DNA of 64,000 bases from Phycisphaeraceae bacterium. Lineage in GTDB: Bacteria > Planctomycetota > Phycisphaerae > Phycisphaerales > UBA1924. The notes under the pieces are model-generated. The model saw nothing but the letters and a program-made list of their open reading frames with translations. It was not told the origin of the DNA and did not search any database. The stretch is taken from assembly GCA_019636655.1 (NCBI GenBank), contig JAHBXB010000002.1:72537-136536 (forward strand). The letters are read 5' to 3'. Made by a program: the position numbers and the translations under genes. This document shows, piece after piece, positions 36,543 through 46,890 of this stretch (the stretch's first letter is position 1; each line of letters opens with the position of its first letter).

Positions 36543-37579
36543 CGGGCCTGTCCTGCCACATCACCCATAGACCATCGAGCCGTTGCGCCGCGGGCGGGTA
36601 CGCCGCCGCGGGGGTCGTTGCCGGCGCTGTACTCGGCCGGCCCGCCCGGCGCCGCGACGCGGCGGCGGTTCCGTCGCTCCCGGAGCAGGAGCGAGCCGAC
36701 GAGCGTGGCGAGGGCCACGGCCGTGGCGCCCGCACCCAGCTGCATCACGCGGAACGCCTGCACGACGTAGGCGCCGGCGTTGGGATCGAAGTGGTAACAC
36801 CAGAGCGTGAAACGATCGAATGTCGTGCCGAGCTTGCCCTGCGAGGCCTCGACCAGGGCGAGGCGGGTGTCTCGGACGGGGAACTCCAGCGTGGATTGGA
36901 TGCCCGGGAGGTAGCGGGAGATCGTGCCGTCGGGGGTGAGGACGAAGATCGCCGTCCCGTGGGAGAACTCGCCGCTGTCGGGGTGGAAGCGATAGGGGAA
37001 GCCAAGGGCATCGGCGAGGGCCTTGGAGTTCTCGACCGGGCCGGTGAGGAACGACCACCCGGAGCGGATCGCGTCGGTGGTAGGCTTGGTGTAGTCCAGG
37101 AGCGCGCCGGTCTTGAATCGGGCGGCGTCGGCGGGCGTGTCGCGCGGGTCGAAGCTGACGATGACGGCGTCGTACTCGGTGCCGATGGTGAAGTCCAGGC
37201 CGCTGAGCGTGCGGGTGAACTCCTCGAGCGTCTTGGGGCAGAGCAGGGGGCAGCGGAAGTACATCATCATCATGATGACCGGCCGCTTGCTCGGAGCGTC
37301 GGCGGCGCCCCCGCCGGCGTCCTTGTAGAACAGGGCCGCGAGGGTGATCTTCTTGCCGTTGGAATCGGTGAACTGGAGGTCGAGGGGGATCGTCTTGCCG
37401 GTGTGATTGACGATCTCAAGCCCGCGAACGGGCTCGGGGACATCCTTCATGATCCGCTGTGCGAACGCCGGGGCGGCGTTTGCCAGCATCGCGGCGGCCA
37501 CGGTTACGAGCGCAAGCACACCGGCCGGGAACCGGGCCCGGCGGGTTGCGTGCTCGAACTGTGGCGCGGTGCGGGGCAT
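36539..37579 (-). CDS. SCO1/SenC-family copper chaperone with an additional C-terminal TM segment
   Basis: Thioredoxin-like CPLLCP motif. ATGA overlap with the ctaC start. Confidence 0.85.
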   Translation of the reverse strand: MPRTAPQFEHATRRARFPAGVLALVTVAAAMLANAAPAFAQRIMKDVPEPVRGLEIVNHTGKTIPLDLQFTDSNGKKITLAALFYKDAGGGAADAPSKRPVIMMMMYFRCPLLCPKTLEEFTRTLSGLDFTIGTEYDAVIVSFDPRDTPADAARFKTGALLDYTKPTTDAIRSGWSFLTGPVENSKALADALGFPYRFHPDSGEFSHGTAIFVLTPDGTISRYLPGIQSTLEFPVRDTRLALVEASQGKLGTTFDRFTLWCYHFDPNAGAYVVQAFRVMQLGAGATAVALATLVGSLLLRERRNRRRVAAPGGPAEYSAGNDPRGGVPARGATARWSMGDVAGQAR

Positions 37580-37587
37580 GAGCGGGG

Positions 37588-37992
37588 TTAGTCCTTGCGG
37601 GCGGCGTATTCCTGGATGACCTGGGCCTCGGCGACTTCGAGCGGGAGTTGGACGAGCGTGGTCTCCGCGTTGGCCCAGACGTAGCCGTCCTTGAGGTTGG
37701 TGAGCGCCTCGGCCTTGTAGGCGAGGGCGGGACCCTCGAGGCCCTGACCCTTGTCGTCGTGCTCGTTGAGCAGGCGGGTGGCCTCGAAGATGAAGTACAG
37801 GTAGATGAGCAGCGAGGCAACGACAACGACGACGAACGCGCCGACGCCGTAGAACAGGACCAGGTGGGAATCCGCGAGTTCGCCGTGGGCGGCGTGCGGG
37901 ACATCCTCACCGGCGTGGTGCGCGTGCCAGGCGTCCGGGGCCTCGTGGTCGGGCGGCGTGGTGGCGACGACGTGCTTGTGCTCGTGGCTCAT
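37588..37992 (-). CDS. Small single-TM protein (134 aa) with a His-rich N-terminus; sits in the ActG-like position between actF and SCO1
   Basis: 10 His in the first 43 residues (MSHEHKHVV...HAHH...H..H). One TM segment (LVLFYGVGAFVVVVVASLLIYLYFIF). Very high third-position G/C by hand translation. Confidence 0.6.
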   Translation of the reverse strand: MSHEHKHVVATTPPDHEAPDAWHAHHAGEDVPHAAHGELADSHLVLFYGVGAFVVVVVASLLIYLYFIFEATRLLNEHDDKGQGLEGPALAYKAEALTNLKDGYVWANAETTLVQLPLEVAEAQVIQEYAARKD

Positions 37993-38054
37993 GCGTGGTG
38001 GTCCGGGGTCGTCGGGGTCGGGTGAACGCGTGGGGGACGGGGCGGGATCAGGGA

Positions 38055-39335
38055 TCAGACGTAGTTCTTGTGGTGCAGGGACTCGCCCAGGCGGGGGTCC
38101 TTCAACGGGATGAGCGGGTTGGCGGCGACCTTCCTCGCGACGAATGCGAGGAAGATGGCCGTGGGGCCGAGCCAGCCGAACAGGTCGATCCACCACGACT
38201 GGAACGGCCCGACGCCCGAGAGCGTGGGTCGGACGATGTAGAACAGGTCGACGAAGTGCATGAACAGCAGGAGCACGGCGACGGCCGAGAGCAGCATGGG
38301 CGACCGCTTGGTGCGGCGCCACAGCAGGACCAGGAAGGGCACGCCGAAGTGCAGCAGGGCCAGCCCCTTGGCGACCGTCATCCACGACCCCTCGCGGCGG
38401 AGCACGAACCAGCCGGTCTCCTCCGGGATGTTGCTGTACCAGATGAGGAAGTACTGGCTGAACGTGACGTAGGCCCAGAAGATCATGAACGCCAGCATCA
38501 GCTTGCCGAGGTCGTGGAAGTGCTCGTCGGTGACGATGCCCTTGAGCTTGCCCGCGGCCCGAAGCACCGTGAGGACGATCACCACGACGCACACGGACGA
38601 GAGGATGTTGCCCGCGAAGAAGCAGACGCCGAACATGGTGCTGAACCAGTGGTAGTCCAGCGACATCAGCCAGTCGAACGCGGCAAAGGCCGTCGTCAAC
38701 GCGAACAGCAGCAGGCCGAACGACGAGACGAAGCGGGACCGCACCGTGAGCGACTTGTCGCCGGTGGTGTCCTGGCGCCGGCTCCAGGTGTAGAGGGCCG
38801 TGCCGAGCGAGATCCACACCGCGAAGTACGCCACGAGCCGGATGTAAAAGAACGGCTTGTTGAGGTACGCGGCCTTGGCGGCGAGCACGGAATCGATGAT
38901 GTGCCCCTGGCTGTCGTAGTTCGACGGGCTCATCCACTTGAACAACCACCCAGGGACCATGATGGTCGCGACGACCACCGGCAGGAACAGCACGAGGGCG
39001 ACGGGCATGAGGCTCGCGACGGTCTCGAACGTCCGGCGGCAGGTCGCGATCCATCCGGCGTTGGTCTGCTGGAAGATCATCACCATGCCGAGCGAGCCGA
39101 GGGCGAGGCCGATCGCGAAGACGGCGCCGATGTGGTACGAGGCGATCGCGTGCTTGAGGGTTGCCCCCCCCGCCGCGGCCGCGAAGCCCACCACCAGCAG
39201 CGACACCACGCCGACGATCATCAGGCCAGGGAACCAGAGCGAGCCGCCGCCCATCGTGACGAGGCTCTGGTCCACGCGGATCGGATCGGCCCCGGCGGGG
39301 TGCGCGCCGGCCTTAGGGGTGGCGGCGTGGCTCAT
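38055..39335 (-). CDS. actF: Alternative complex III subunit ActF (NrfD-like membrane subunit)
   Basis: Polytopic membrane protein paralogous in layout to ActC. Start at 39335, with an ATGA overlap with the actE stop. Confidence 0.8.
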   Translation of the reverse strand: MSHAATPKAGAHPAGADPIRVDQSLVTMGGGSLWFPGLMIVGVVSLLVVGFAAAAGGATLKHAIASYHIGAVFAIGLALGSLGMVMIFQQTNAGWIATCRRTFETVASLMPVALVLFLPVVVATIMVPGWLFKWMSPSNYDSQGHIIDSVLAAKAAYLNKPFFYIRLVAYFAVWISLGTALYTWSRRQDTTGDKSLTVRSRFVSSFGLLLFALTTAFAAFDWLMSLDYHWFSTMFGVCFFAGNILSSVCVVVIVLTVLRAAGKLKGIVTDEHFHDLGKLMLAFMIFWAYVTFSQYFLIWYSNIPEETGWFVLRREGSWMTVAKGLALLHFGVPFLVLLWRRTKRSPMLLSAVAVLLLFMHFVDLFYIVRPTLSGVGPFQSWWIDLFGWLGPTAIFLAFVARKVAANPLIPLKDPRLGESLHHKNYV

Positions 39336-40171
39336 GACTTGGTCTCCTTCGAGCCGGTCGCCGCGGGCTTGACGCGGGTGCGCTCGAGCTCGGCACGCTT
39401 CTCGGCGGGAACGGCCCTGAGGTCGGTGGTCTGCGAGGCCTGGAGCACGCGGAGGTAGGCCACGATGGCCCACGCGTCCTTCTCGCTCACGGCGTGGCCG
39501 TAGGCGGGCATGCGGTAGACGCGCTCGTGGGTCTCGGGGTTGTCGTCGTACAGGCCCTGCTGGATGACGGTGAATAGGTGGCCGTCGGTGCCGGTGTCCT
39601 GGGTGCGATCAACGTACTTGGAGTCGTGGTAGCTCGGGACGACACCGGCCCAGCGCTGCGCGACCATGCCCTTCCCGTCGCCCGTGTAGCCGTGGCAGAC
39701 CGAGCAGTAGATGTTGAACCGCTGCTGGCCGCGGGCGATCATCGCGCCCATCGCGGCCTCGGGCGACTTGCCGCCGTCAGCGAAGGCCTCGATGGCGGAC
39801 TTGGGCATGTACGCCAGCGTCTTGCCCGCGGCGTCGGTGCCGAAGTAGAACGCGGGGTCCGCCTTCAGGAACCGCGCACGCCGCGGGTCCGAGGCGCTGG
39901 CGGAGCGGCCGAAGGCCACCGCGCCGGCAACAGTGGGACGCATCGAGCGGCCGTCCTCGAAGAACTCCGTCTGGGACTGCGGCCGGTACTTCTGCTGCTG
40001 ATCCATGTCGGGCAGGAACTCGTGCGGCGGCTCGTTGGATCGCTCGCCGTGGCATCCCGACAGAAGGCCGAGAGCGCCCGCGGCCAGGCAGAGCGCGGCG
40101 GGGAGCGAAGCGCGCAGAGATCGTGCCGTCATCCGAGGGGCTCCGGGCATGATGGGCTTGGGAGTGTTCAT
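39332..40171 (-). CDS. actE: Alternative complex III subunit ActE (monoheme cytochrome c lipoprotein)
   Basis: Lipobox LLSGC and a single CSVCHG heme site. Start chosen at 40171 (ATGA overlap with the actD stop). Alternatives are 40180, 40150 and 40132. Confidence 0.75.
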   Translation of the reverse strand: MNTPKPIMPGAPRMTARSLRASLPAALCLAAGALGLLSGCHGERSNEPPHEFLPDMDQQQKYRPQSQTEFFEDGRSMRPTVAGAVAFGRSASASDPRRARFLKADPAFYFGTDAAGKTLAYMPKSAIEAFADGGKSPEAAMGAMIARGQQRFNIYCSVCHGYTGDGKGMVAQRWAGVVPSYHDSKYVDRTQDTGTDGHLFTVIQQGLYDDNPETHERVYRMPAYGHAVSEKDAWAIVAYLRVLQASQTTDLRAVPAEKRAELERTRVKPAATGSKETKS

Positions 40172-40794
40172 TCGGTCCACACCAGGGTCTTGAAGCCCTC
40201 GCTGAAGCGGGGATCGGCCGTGCCGTCGCCCTCCTCGACGAGGTCGACGTTCGTGCCGCCGGCGTGCTCGAGGAGCTTGCGCGTGCCGTCGGGATCGAAC
40301 TTGGGATCAGATGCCTCGATACAGATGATGAAGCGGTCGTCGCTGACGCGGAGGAACCGGTCCTTGCGGAACAGCGGGTGGTGCCACATAGGCAGGCCGT
40401 TGAACGCCAGCATGCCCAGCAGGGCGGTGAACGCGGTGAAGAGCACGCCCAGCTCGAACGTCACGGGCGTGTAGGGTTCCCACGCGAAGTACGGCTTGCC
40501 CTGCACCACGAGGGGGTAGGCGACGCCGGTGACCCACCACTGGAGCAGGTAGCCCAGCGCAGCGCCGGTGAGGCCGATGGCCCCGACGACGAGCGGGAGC
40601 TTGGTCATGGGCGTGCCCATGGCCTCGTCCATGCCGTGGACGGGGAAGGGGCTGAAGACGTCCCACCGTGTGTAGCCCGAGTCGCGGACCTTCTCCGCCG
40701 CGTGCGTGAGCGCGGCGGGCGTAGGGAACTCGGCCATGACGCCGTGCACCCGCTCGCCGGACTCGGTCTTGTAGATCTTCTTGCTCTTGGCCAT
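40168..40794 (-). CDS. actD: Alternative complex III subunit ActD (DUF3341)
   Basis: HGVMAEFPTPAALTHAAEKVRDSGYTRWDVFSPFPVHGMDEAMG plus 2 TM helices. Confidence 0.85.
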   Translation of the reverse strand: MAKSKKIYKTESGERVHGVMAEFPTPAALTHAAEKVRDSGYTRWDVFSPFPVHGMDEAMGTPMTKLPLVVGAIGLTGAALGYLLQWWVTGVAYPLVVQGKPYFAWEPYTPVTFELGVLFTAFTALLGMLAFNGLPMWHHPLFRKDRFLRVSDDRFIICIEASDPKFDPDGTRKLLEHAGGTNVDLVEEGDGTADPRFSEGFKTLVWTE

Positions 40795-40821
40795 GGTCGG
40801 CTCCGGGAACGAAACGGTGGA

Positions 40822-42348
40822 TCAGTGATCGGCGTGGGGGTTGGCCTGCGGGAGGACGTTCTTGATCTCGCTCATCGCGAAGACGGGGAGGAACCGCAGG
40901 AAGAGGAGGAAGAGCGTGAGGAAAATGCCGAGGGTTCCGACGAAGGTCAGGACGTCGACGTAGGTCGGGAAGAACATGCCCCACTCGCCGGGGACAAACG
41001 CCCGGTGGAGGCTGGTGACGATGATGACGAACCGCTCGAACCACATGCCGATGGTGACGGCGAGCGAGACGATCCAGATAACCAGCGGGCTGGTGCGGCA
41101 TGCCCGGACCCAGAAGACCTGCGGGCTGATGACGTTGCAGGAGATCATCGTCCAGTAGGCCCACCAGTAGGGGCCGGTGGCGCGGTTCTTGAAGGCGTAG
41201 AGCTCGTAGGGGTTCCCGCCATACCAGGCGATGAAGAACTCCATGCCGTAGGCGAAGCCGACCATCATCCCCGTCACGAGGAGGATCTTGGCCATGTTCT
41301 CCAGGTGACGGAGCGTGAGCAGGTCCTTCATGTTGGGGTACAGCTCACGCGCCGGGATCATGAGCAGGAGCACCATCGCGAAGCCGCCGAAGATGGCGCC
41401 CGCGACGAAGTAGGGCGGGAAGATCGTCGTGTGCCAGCCCGGAAGCACGCTGGTGGCGAAGTCGAAGGACACGATCGAGTGCACGCTGAGCACCAGCGGC
41501 GTGCTGACGCCCGCGAGGATGATGTACGCCTTCTCGTAGTTCTGCCAGTGCCGCTGGCTGAACCGCCAGCCCATGGCGAGCAGGCCGAAGACATAGGCCC
41601 GAAGCGCGGCGATCCGCACGGGGAGGAACGGGGCGAGCATGGGCCCGCGCGGGTTGTTGCGCAGCTCGAGATCCGCCCGGTCGCGGAGCGTCGCGAAGTC
41701 GGGGATCATGCCCATGTACCAGAACAGCAGCGACACGGTGAAGTAGGTGCTGACCGCGAAGACGTCCCACAGCAGCGGCGAGCGGAAGTTGGGCCAGATG
41801 CTGTTGGCGTTGGGGATGGGGAAGACCATCCAGATGAACCAGATGCGCCCGACGTGGATGCCGGGGAACGTGCCTGCGCAGATGACGGCGAAGATCGTCA
41901 TGGCCTCCGCGGCGCGGTTGATGCTCGTGCGCCACTTCTGCTTGAGCAGGCAGAGGATGGCGCTGATGAGCGTGCCGGCGTGGCCGATGCCGATCCAGAA
42001 GACGAAGTTGGTGATGTCCCACGCCCAGTCGACCTGGTTGTTCAGGCCCCAGACGCCCACCCCGGTGAAGAGCAGGTACAGGATCATCAGCGTGCCGATG
42101 CCCGCAAGCGTCGCCGCGAGACCGAAGACCGGCATCCACCACGTGCCCGGCCGGTTCTCGGCGTAGCCGCAGACGATGTCGGTGATGTCCTTGAATGACC
42201 GGTTGCCCAAAACCAGCGGGGCGCGGACGGCCGGGTCGTCGATGAGCGACCCGTCGCCCGTGGCGGGGTCGAAGCCCGCCGGCCGGCCGACGGCCGCCTG
42301 CCCGGCGAGCCTCGCCGCGGTGACCTGGTCCGGATTGATGCTCGTCAT
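40822..42348 (-). CDS. actC: Alternative complex III subunit ActC (NrfD/PsrC-like quinol-interacting membrane subunit)
   Basis: 508 aa, about 10 TM segments, NrfD-like. ATGA overlap with the actB stop. Confidence 0.9.
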   Translation of the reverse strand: MTSINPDQVTAARLAGQAAVGRPAGFDPATGDGSLIDDPAVRAPLVLGNRSFKDITDIVCGYAENRPGTWWMPVFGLAATLAGIGTLMILYLLFTGVGVWGLNNQVDWAWDITNFVFWIGIGHAGTLISAILCLLKQKWRTSINRAAEAMTIFAVICAGTFPGIHVGRIWFIWMVFPIPNANSIWPNFRSPLLWDVFAVSTYFTVSLLFWYMGMIPDFATLRDRADLELRNNPRGPMLAPFLPVRIAALRAYVFGLLAMGWRFSQRHWQNYEKAYIILAGVSTPLVLSVHSIVSFDFATSVLPGWHTTIFPPYFVAGAIFGGFAMVLLLMIPARELYPNMKDLLTLRHLENMAKILLVTGMMVGFAYGMEFFIAWYGGNPYELYAFKNRATGPYWWAYWTMISCNVISPQVFWVRACRTSPLVIWIVSLAVTIGMWFERFVIIVTSLHRAFVPGEWGMFFPTYVDVLTFVGTLGIFLTLFLLFLRFLPVFAMSEIKNVLPQANPHADH

Positions 42349-45300
42349 GCCATGCCTCCGACCAACGACCTGCCGCCGAGAACGGGCAGGCTGAACTTGA
42401 CGCCCCGGTCACGCGATGCGTGCGGGACGGCGGCCTTCTCACCGTGGTGATCCATCTCGTGCTCGCCCTCGGACCCGTGCCCGTCATGCCCGTCGTGCCC
42501 GCCGCCGTGGTGCTGGAACGGATCCACGACCGGTGTGCGGATCGCGGGGTTCGGGTTCTTGACCGAGAGCATGTATGTCGTGCGCGGCCGGGTATCGAGG
42601 AAACCCAGCAGCAGGTAGGAGCGGCCGTTCTCCCGCATCTGCCGCACGCGGCTCCCCTTGCCCGAGTCGCTGACCGTATCGAGGATGTCGCCGAAGACGA
42701 TCGAATCCGTCGGGCACGCCTGCTGGCAGGCGGTAACCACCTCGCCGTCCGGGATGTGCTTGAGGTCGCTGAGCTTGGTCTCGATGCGGGCCTCGTTGAT
42801 GCGCTGGATGCAGTAGGTGCACTTCTCCATCACGCCGCGGGAGCGGATGGTCACGTCCGGGTTCATGTGCAGGCGTGTGATATCGGGGAGCTTCTCGCGG
42901 AGCGTCGGCGGGATCAGGTTCTTGTTGGACGGACCGCCGCCGGGCATGAGGTCCTCGCCGATGTACGAGCCGTTGTACCGCTGGATGCCGTAGGCGAAGA
43001 AGTTGAAGCGGCGGACCTTGTAGGGGCAGTTGTTGGCGCAGTACCGCGTGCCGATGCAGCGGTTGTACACCATGTAGTTGATGCCCTCGGGGCCGTGCAC
43101 GGTGGCGTTCACGGGGCAGACGGTCTCGCACGGCGCGTTCTCGCACTGCACGCAGGCGACCGGCTGGAAGAGCATGCCGTCCGCCGTGTGCTCGCTGTCG
43201 CCCGCGAAGTAGCGGTCGACGCGGATCCACGCCATCTCGCGGCCCTTGTTGACCTCGGCTTTGCCGACGATGGGGATGTTGTTCTCCGCCTGGCACGCGA
43301 TCGTGCAGACGTTGCACCCCGTGCAGGTCGACAGGTCGACCGACATGCCCCAGTTGGGACGCTGCGCAAAGGGGATCTTCTGGCCCAGCGAGTTGGTCGC
43401 ATCGGCCGGCGCGGGGTTGCCGGAGGTGCCGTTGAGCGGATTGACGTAGATCGAGACGTTAGCCGGAGCGTGGGAGAGTTCGCCGAGCCGCTCGGCGAAG
43501 TTCAGGTCGCGGTTGCGGCCGTAGGAGTCGGGGTCGGGCAGGATCTGGCTGCCGTACTTCTGCCACGCGGCGCGGTCCACCTCGCGGACCAGCGCGCGCC
43601 CCTCCATCGAGCCGTGCGTCTGCGTCGTCGAGAGCGGGTACCACTGCTCGCCGTCGGAAACCGGCGCCAGCTTCACGCCGGCCGCGACCGATCGGGACGC
43701 CGCATCCCGCACCTGGTAGAGGTCATGCCCGACGCCCGTGCCGACCAGTCCGCACACCGTTCGGCCGTAACCCAGCGGGAGGATCACGGTGTTGTCCGGC
43801 ATGCCGGGGAGCTCGAAGACCGGGATGCGGGCGCTGCGGCCGTTGAGCGTGACGCTCGCAACGCGGGCCTTGCGGTCCTTCTGTGTCGCGGGCTGGGGCT
43901 TGAGGCCCAGCGCCTCGGCGGTGGCGGGGCTCACGAGAGCCGCGTTGTCCCACACGATCTTGCTCGATGGCTCGCAGAGTTCCTGCAGCCACCCGCAGTT
44001 GGCGAAGCGCCCGTCGCCGATGTTCCAGGTCGTGAACACGGCCTCGAGCGAGTCCTTGGTCGGCGCCGCGGCGGGGCGGAACGCCTTGACCGCCGCCGCA
44101 ACCGCCTCGGCGGCGAGCGTCGGCTTGGCGGGCGCCGGGGTGCTGTTGGCCAGCACGCCGTCGTGCAGGGCCCGACGCCAGGCCTTGTCGAATGCGGCCG
44201 CATCCGTCACACCCTGCAGCGCCGGGAGCGACTTCCACGCCCGGCGAACGATGTCGTGCCCGTCGCGGAGTTCGTCGCCGCTGATGATCGCCAGCGTCTC
44301 GATGTCAGACTTGCTGGCGTACAGCGGGGCGATCATCGGCTGGATCGGCGCCACCGTGCCCTCGGCGGCGCGGGTGTCGCCCCACGCCTCCAGGAAGTGC
44401 GCGAGCGGGAGCCGCCACTGGCTGTCACGCACCGTCTCGTTGTGATCAACCGCCTGCGCGATCCGGACCTTGACCTTCTTGAACTTATCCTTGAAGCCCA
44501 GGTCGGCCGGCGCGTCGTAGACCGGGTTCACACCCTGGCACACGATGGTGCTGATCGACCCAGCGTCCATCTTCTCCGCCAGAGCGCGGATCCCGTCGGC
44601 ACTGCCGGAGGCTTCCTCAGCATCGACCGGGACATACCACACCGTGTTTCCGATGTTGCCCAGCGCCGCGTTGATCGCGTGGACCAGCGCGTGGATCGCG
44701 GCCGTCTGGGTAGCCCCGGCGACGATCACGGACTTGCCGAGGTGCGCCTTGTCGGTCAGATCGTCGGCGATCGCATCGATGATCTTCTGGTCCATCCCCG
44801 CGGGAAGCGCGGCATCCGCCGACTTCAGGGCCGCGGCGACCGGACCACCGCCACCGGTGCGGGCGGCAACAGCTTTGCCCAGCGCCACGCCGAACGCCGA
44901 CACCTGGCTCGGGGCGAGACGCCAACGGTGGTCGGCCTTGGCGCCGACGCCGCTGAACCCCGACTCCACGACGTAGAGCCGGCTCATCGCGTCATCGACG
45001 GTCATCACCCGGCGCGTCGAGGCGAAGTCGCGGGCGTACACCAGCCCCATCGACTCGCAGTTCGTGAAGTCGCGATCCAGCGAGACAATGACCTTGGCGC
45101 GATCGAACTTGATCGCCTCTCGCATCGGCCTTCCGAAGGCGATCGAACCGCCCGCGGCGGCGGCATCCGAATCGACCGGGTCGTAGGCCACCCACATCGC
45201 CTTGGGCCACTTGCGCTTGATGCGGTCCCGCATCGAGTCGCGCGACGGGCTGGACTTCTTGTCGACCAGGAACGCGAGCCCCTCGCCGGCCGCGGCGTCG

Positions 45301-45929
45301 TACGCCTTGAAATGGGCCTCGGACCACGCAGCGAAGTCCTCCCACGATCGGGGCTTCTTGTCGGCATCTGCCCCGCCGGCCTCGGTGAATACCGGGTCGG
45401 TCTGGCGATCGGGGTCATAAAGTCCGAGCACGGCGGCCTGGGCCCAGATCGACGTCTTGCCGCGGTTGATCGGGTGCAGGGGATTGCCCTCGACCTTCGT
45501 CGGGCGACCGTCGTGCGTCTCGATCAGCAGGCCCTCGGCGCCACCGCCGGGGAGCGGCATGCTCGTGGCGTAGTACAGCGGCTTGCCGGGGATGGAATCC
45601 TCGGGGACCGTCTTGCTGTACGGCATGATCTTCAGATCGGGGCGGCGACAGCCCGGGATGGTCGCCGCGCCCGCGAGGGCCACGCTGGCGGCCATGAGCT
45701 TGAGGAACGTCCGGCGCGAATCGCCGAGCAGTTCGGAAGCGCCGGGCGGGAACTCGCGCTCGAGCCACTCGCGGAACTGCGGGGTATCCGCGAGGTCATC
45801 GAGGCTGCGCCAGTACTTGCGGCCGGTGGGGCCGATGCCGACCTGCTCGTGCGGGGTACGCCCCGCCTGGCGGGGCGTCTCGTTCTTCTGCCCGGGCTTG
45901 GTCGAGGGGCATTGATCGTGGCTGCTCAT
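42345..45929 (-). CDS. actB: Alternative complex III subunit ActB (fused molybdopterin-oxidoreductase-like B1 and 4Fe-4S ferredoxin B2)
   Basis: Tat signal [18 protein letters not shown]. Fe-S motifs [44 protein letters not shown]. His-rich C-terminal tail. Confidence 0.92.
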   Translation of the reverse strand: MSSHDQCPSTKPGQKNETPRQAGRTPHEQVGIGPTGRKYWRSLDDLADTPQFREWLEREFPPGASELLGDSRRTFLKLMAASVALAGAATIPGCRRPDLKIMPYSKTVPEDSIPGKPLYYATSMPLPGGGAEGLLIETHDGRPTKVEGNPLHPINRGKTSIWAQAAVLGLYDPDRQTDPVFTEAGGADADKKPRSWEDFAAWSEAHFKAYDAAAGEGLAFLVDKKSSPSRDSMRDRIKRKWPKAMWVAYDPVDSDAAAAGGSIAFGRPMREAIKFDRAKVIVSLDRDFTNCESMGLVYARDFASTRRVMTVDDAMSRLYVVESGFSGVGAKADHRWRLAPSQVSAFGVALGKAVAARTGGGGPVAAALKSADAALPAGMDQKIIDAIADDLTDKAHLGKSVIVAGATQTAAIHALVHAINAALGNIGNTVWYVPVDAEEASGSADGIRALAEKMDAGSISTIVCQGVNPVYDAPADLGFKDKFKKVKVRIAQAVDHNETVRDSQWRLPLAHFLEAWGDTRAAEGTVAPIQPMIAPLYASKSDIETLAIISGDELRDGHDIVRRAWKSLPALQGVTDAAAFDKAWRRALHDGVLANSTPAPAKPTLAAEAVAAAVKAFRPAAAPTKDSLEAVFTTWNIGDGRFANCGWLQELCEPSSKIVWDNAALVSPATAEALGLKPQPATQKDRKARVASVTLNGRSARIPVFELPGMPDNTVILPLGYGRTVCGLVGTGVGHDLYQVRDAASRSVAAGVKLAPVSDGEQWYPLSTTQTHGSMEGRALVREVDRAAWQKYGSQILPDPDSYGRNRDLNFAERLGELSHAPANVSIYVNPLNGTSGNPAPADATNSLGQKIPFAQRPNWGMSVDLSTCTGCNVCTIACQAENNIPIVGKAEVNKGREMAWIRVDRYFAGDSEHTADGMLFQPVACVQCENAPCETVCPVNATVHGPEGINYMVYNRCIGTRYCANNCPYKVRRFNFFAYGIQRYNGSYIGEDLMPGGGPSNKNLIPPTLREKLPDITRLHMNPDVTIRSRGVMEKCTYCIQRINEARIETKLSDLKHIPDGEVVTACQQACPTDSIVFGDILDTVSDSGKGSRVRQMRENGRSYLLLGFLDTRPRTTYMLSVKNPNPAIRTPVVDPFQHHGGGHDGHDGHGSEGEHEMDHHGEKAAVPHASRDRGVKFSLPVLGGRSLVGGMA

Positions 45930-45989
45930 GCGTCGCTCATCAGGGTTCGGTGGCTTGCTTCGATTCGACCCGAGGCCTTCGCTGGGGAC

Positions 45990-46706
45990 CTAGTAGTGGC
46001 ACGCGCCGCAGTTCTCGGGGAGCAGCGGCAGCGGCCCCTCGAGCAGCTGGGCCTTGAGGGCCTGTCCGCCCGGCGATCCCGGCGAAACTCCTTCCGGGGC
46101 GCTCGGCTTGTTCCCGTTGGCCAACTGCCCCTCGACCCAGAACACGTTGGTCACCTGGTCCGGCGGGACGAGGTTCGGCGCCGGATCGCGGTGGCAGTCG
46201 AGGCACCACGACATGCTGAGCGGGGCGACATCCCGGACCACGACCTGGCGGGCAATCATGCCGTGGCAGGAGATGCAGCTCACGCCGCCCTTGACGTGGA
46301 TGTCGTGGGGGAAGTTGCGGACATAATCAGGGAGCTTGTGCACGCGGCGCCACTGGATCGACGCATCCGTCGTGTAGGCCTCGCGAATGAACGCGGCCTT
46401 CTCATCGGAGACCACGTCCGCCCGCACGTGGTTCTCCGCGTGGCAGCCGTAGCACACCGAAACGGTTGGCACGTTCGCCTCGGCTGTTTCCTCGACGTGC
46501 GAGTGGCAATAGCGGCAGTCGATGCCCAGTTTGCCGGCGTGAATCTGGTGGTTGAACCCCGTGCTGGGCTGGGTGGGCATGTACCCTTCCCGCCAGAACT
46601 TCGGTGTTGCGTAGTACCAGAACCCGCCGATCACCGCCCCCAGACCGCCCAGCGTGCCGACCAGGAACACGGTCGGCAACTGGTTTGTCCACCGCGGGAA
46701 GATCAT
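45990..46706 (-). CDS. actA: Alternative complex III subunit ActA (pentaheme cytochrome c)
   Basis: Five CxxCH sites (CRYCH, CYGCH, CISCH, CLDCH, CGACH) and an N-terminal TM anchor. The ATG at 46706 is preferred over the TTG at 46712. Confidence 0.88.
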   Translation of the reverse strand: MIFPRWTNQLPTVFLVGTLGGLGAVIGGFWYYATPKFWREGYMPTQPSTGFNHQIHAGKLGIDCRYCHSHVEETAEANVPTVSVCYGCHAENHVRADVVSDEKAAFIREAYTTDASIQWRRVHKLPDYVRNFPHDIHVKGGVSCISCHGMIARQVVVRDVAPLSMSWCLDCHRDPAPNLVPPDQVTNVFWVEGQLANGNKPSAPEGVSPGSPGGQALKAQLLEGPLPLLPENCGACHY

Positions 46707-46799
46707 TGACAAGGCTGGACCCTCGCTGCTGTCGCCCGGTTATTCGTGACCCGGGCACATGCATCGACCTGACCGGAACCATTCCTGTCAAATCGGACA

Positions 46800-46818
46800 A
46801 TTGCTGTAAGGCAGCAAT
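46800..46818. promoter_or_regulatory. Inverted repeat in the actA/ctaA divergent promoter region
   Basis: ATTGCTG-TAAGG-CAGCAAT, inside a locally AT-richer 200-bp intergenic region. Confidence 0.3.
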
Positions 46819-46876
46819 CTCTCCACTTTAGGCGTATCGTGTCAAGGCCAGAACCCGTCCAGATCACAAATGAGAC

Positions 46877-46890
46877 TCGGTTGCAACCGA
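46877..46890. promoter_or_regulatory. Perfect 14-bp palindrome 22 nt upstream of the ctaA start
   Basis: TCGGTTGCAACCGA. Could be an operator or a 5'-UTR hairpin. Confidence 0.3.

Noticed and set aside
42420-46709. A 1429-aa plus-strand ORF spanning 4.3 kb, the longest ORF in the track
   Set aside because: It is antisense to actB/actA. Its translation is low-complexity G/A/R/D/V/L-rich with no recognisable motifs. The minus-strand frames carry a Tat signal, Fe-S CxxCxxCxxxC clusters and five CxxCH heme sites. Long stop-free antisense frames are expected when sense codons end in G/C.
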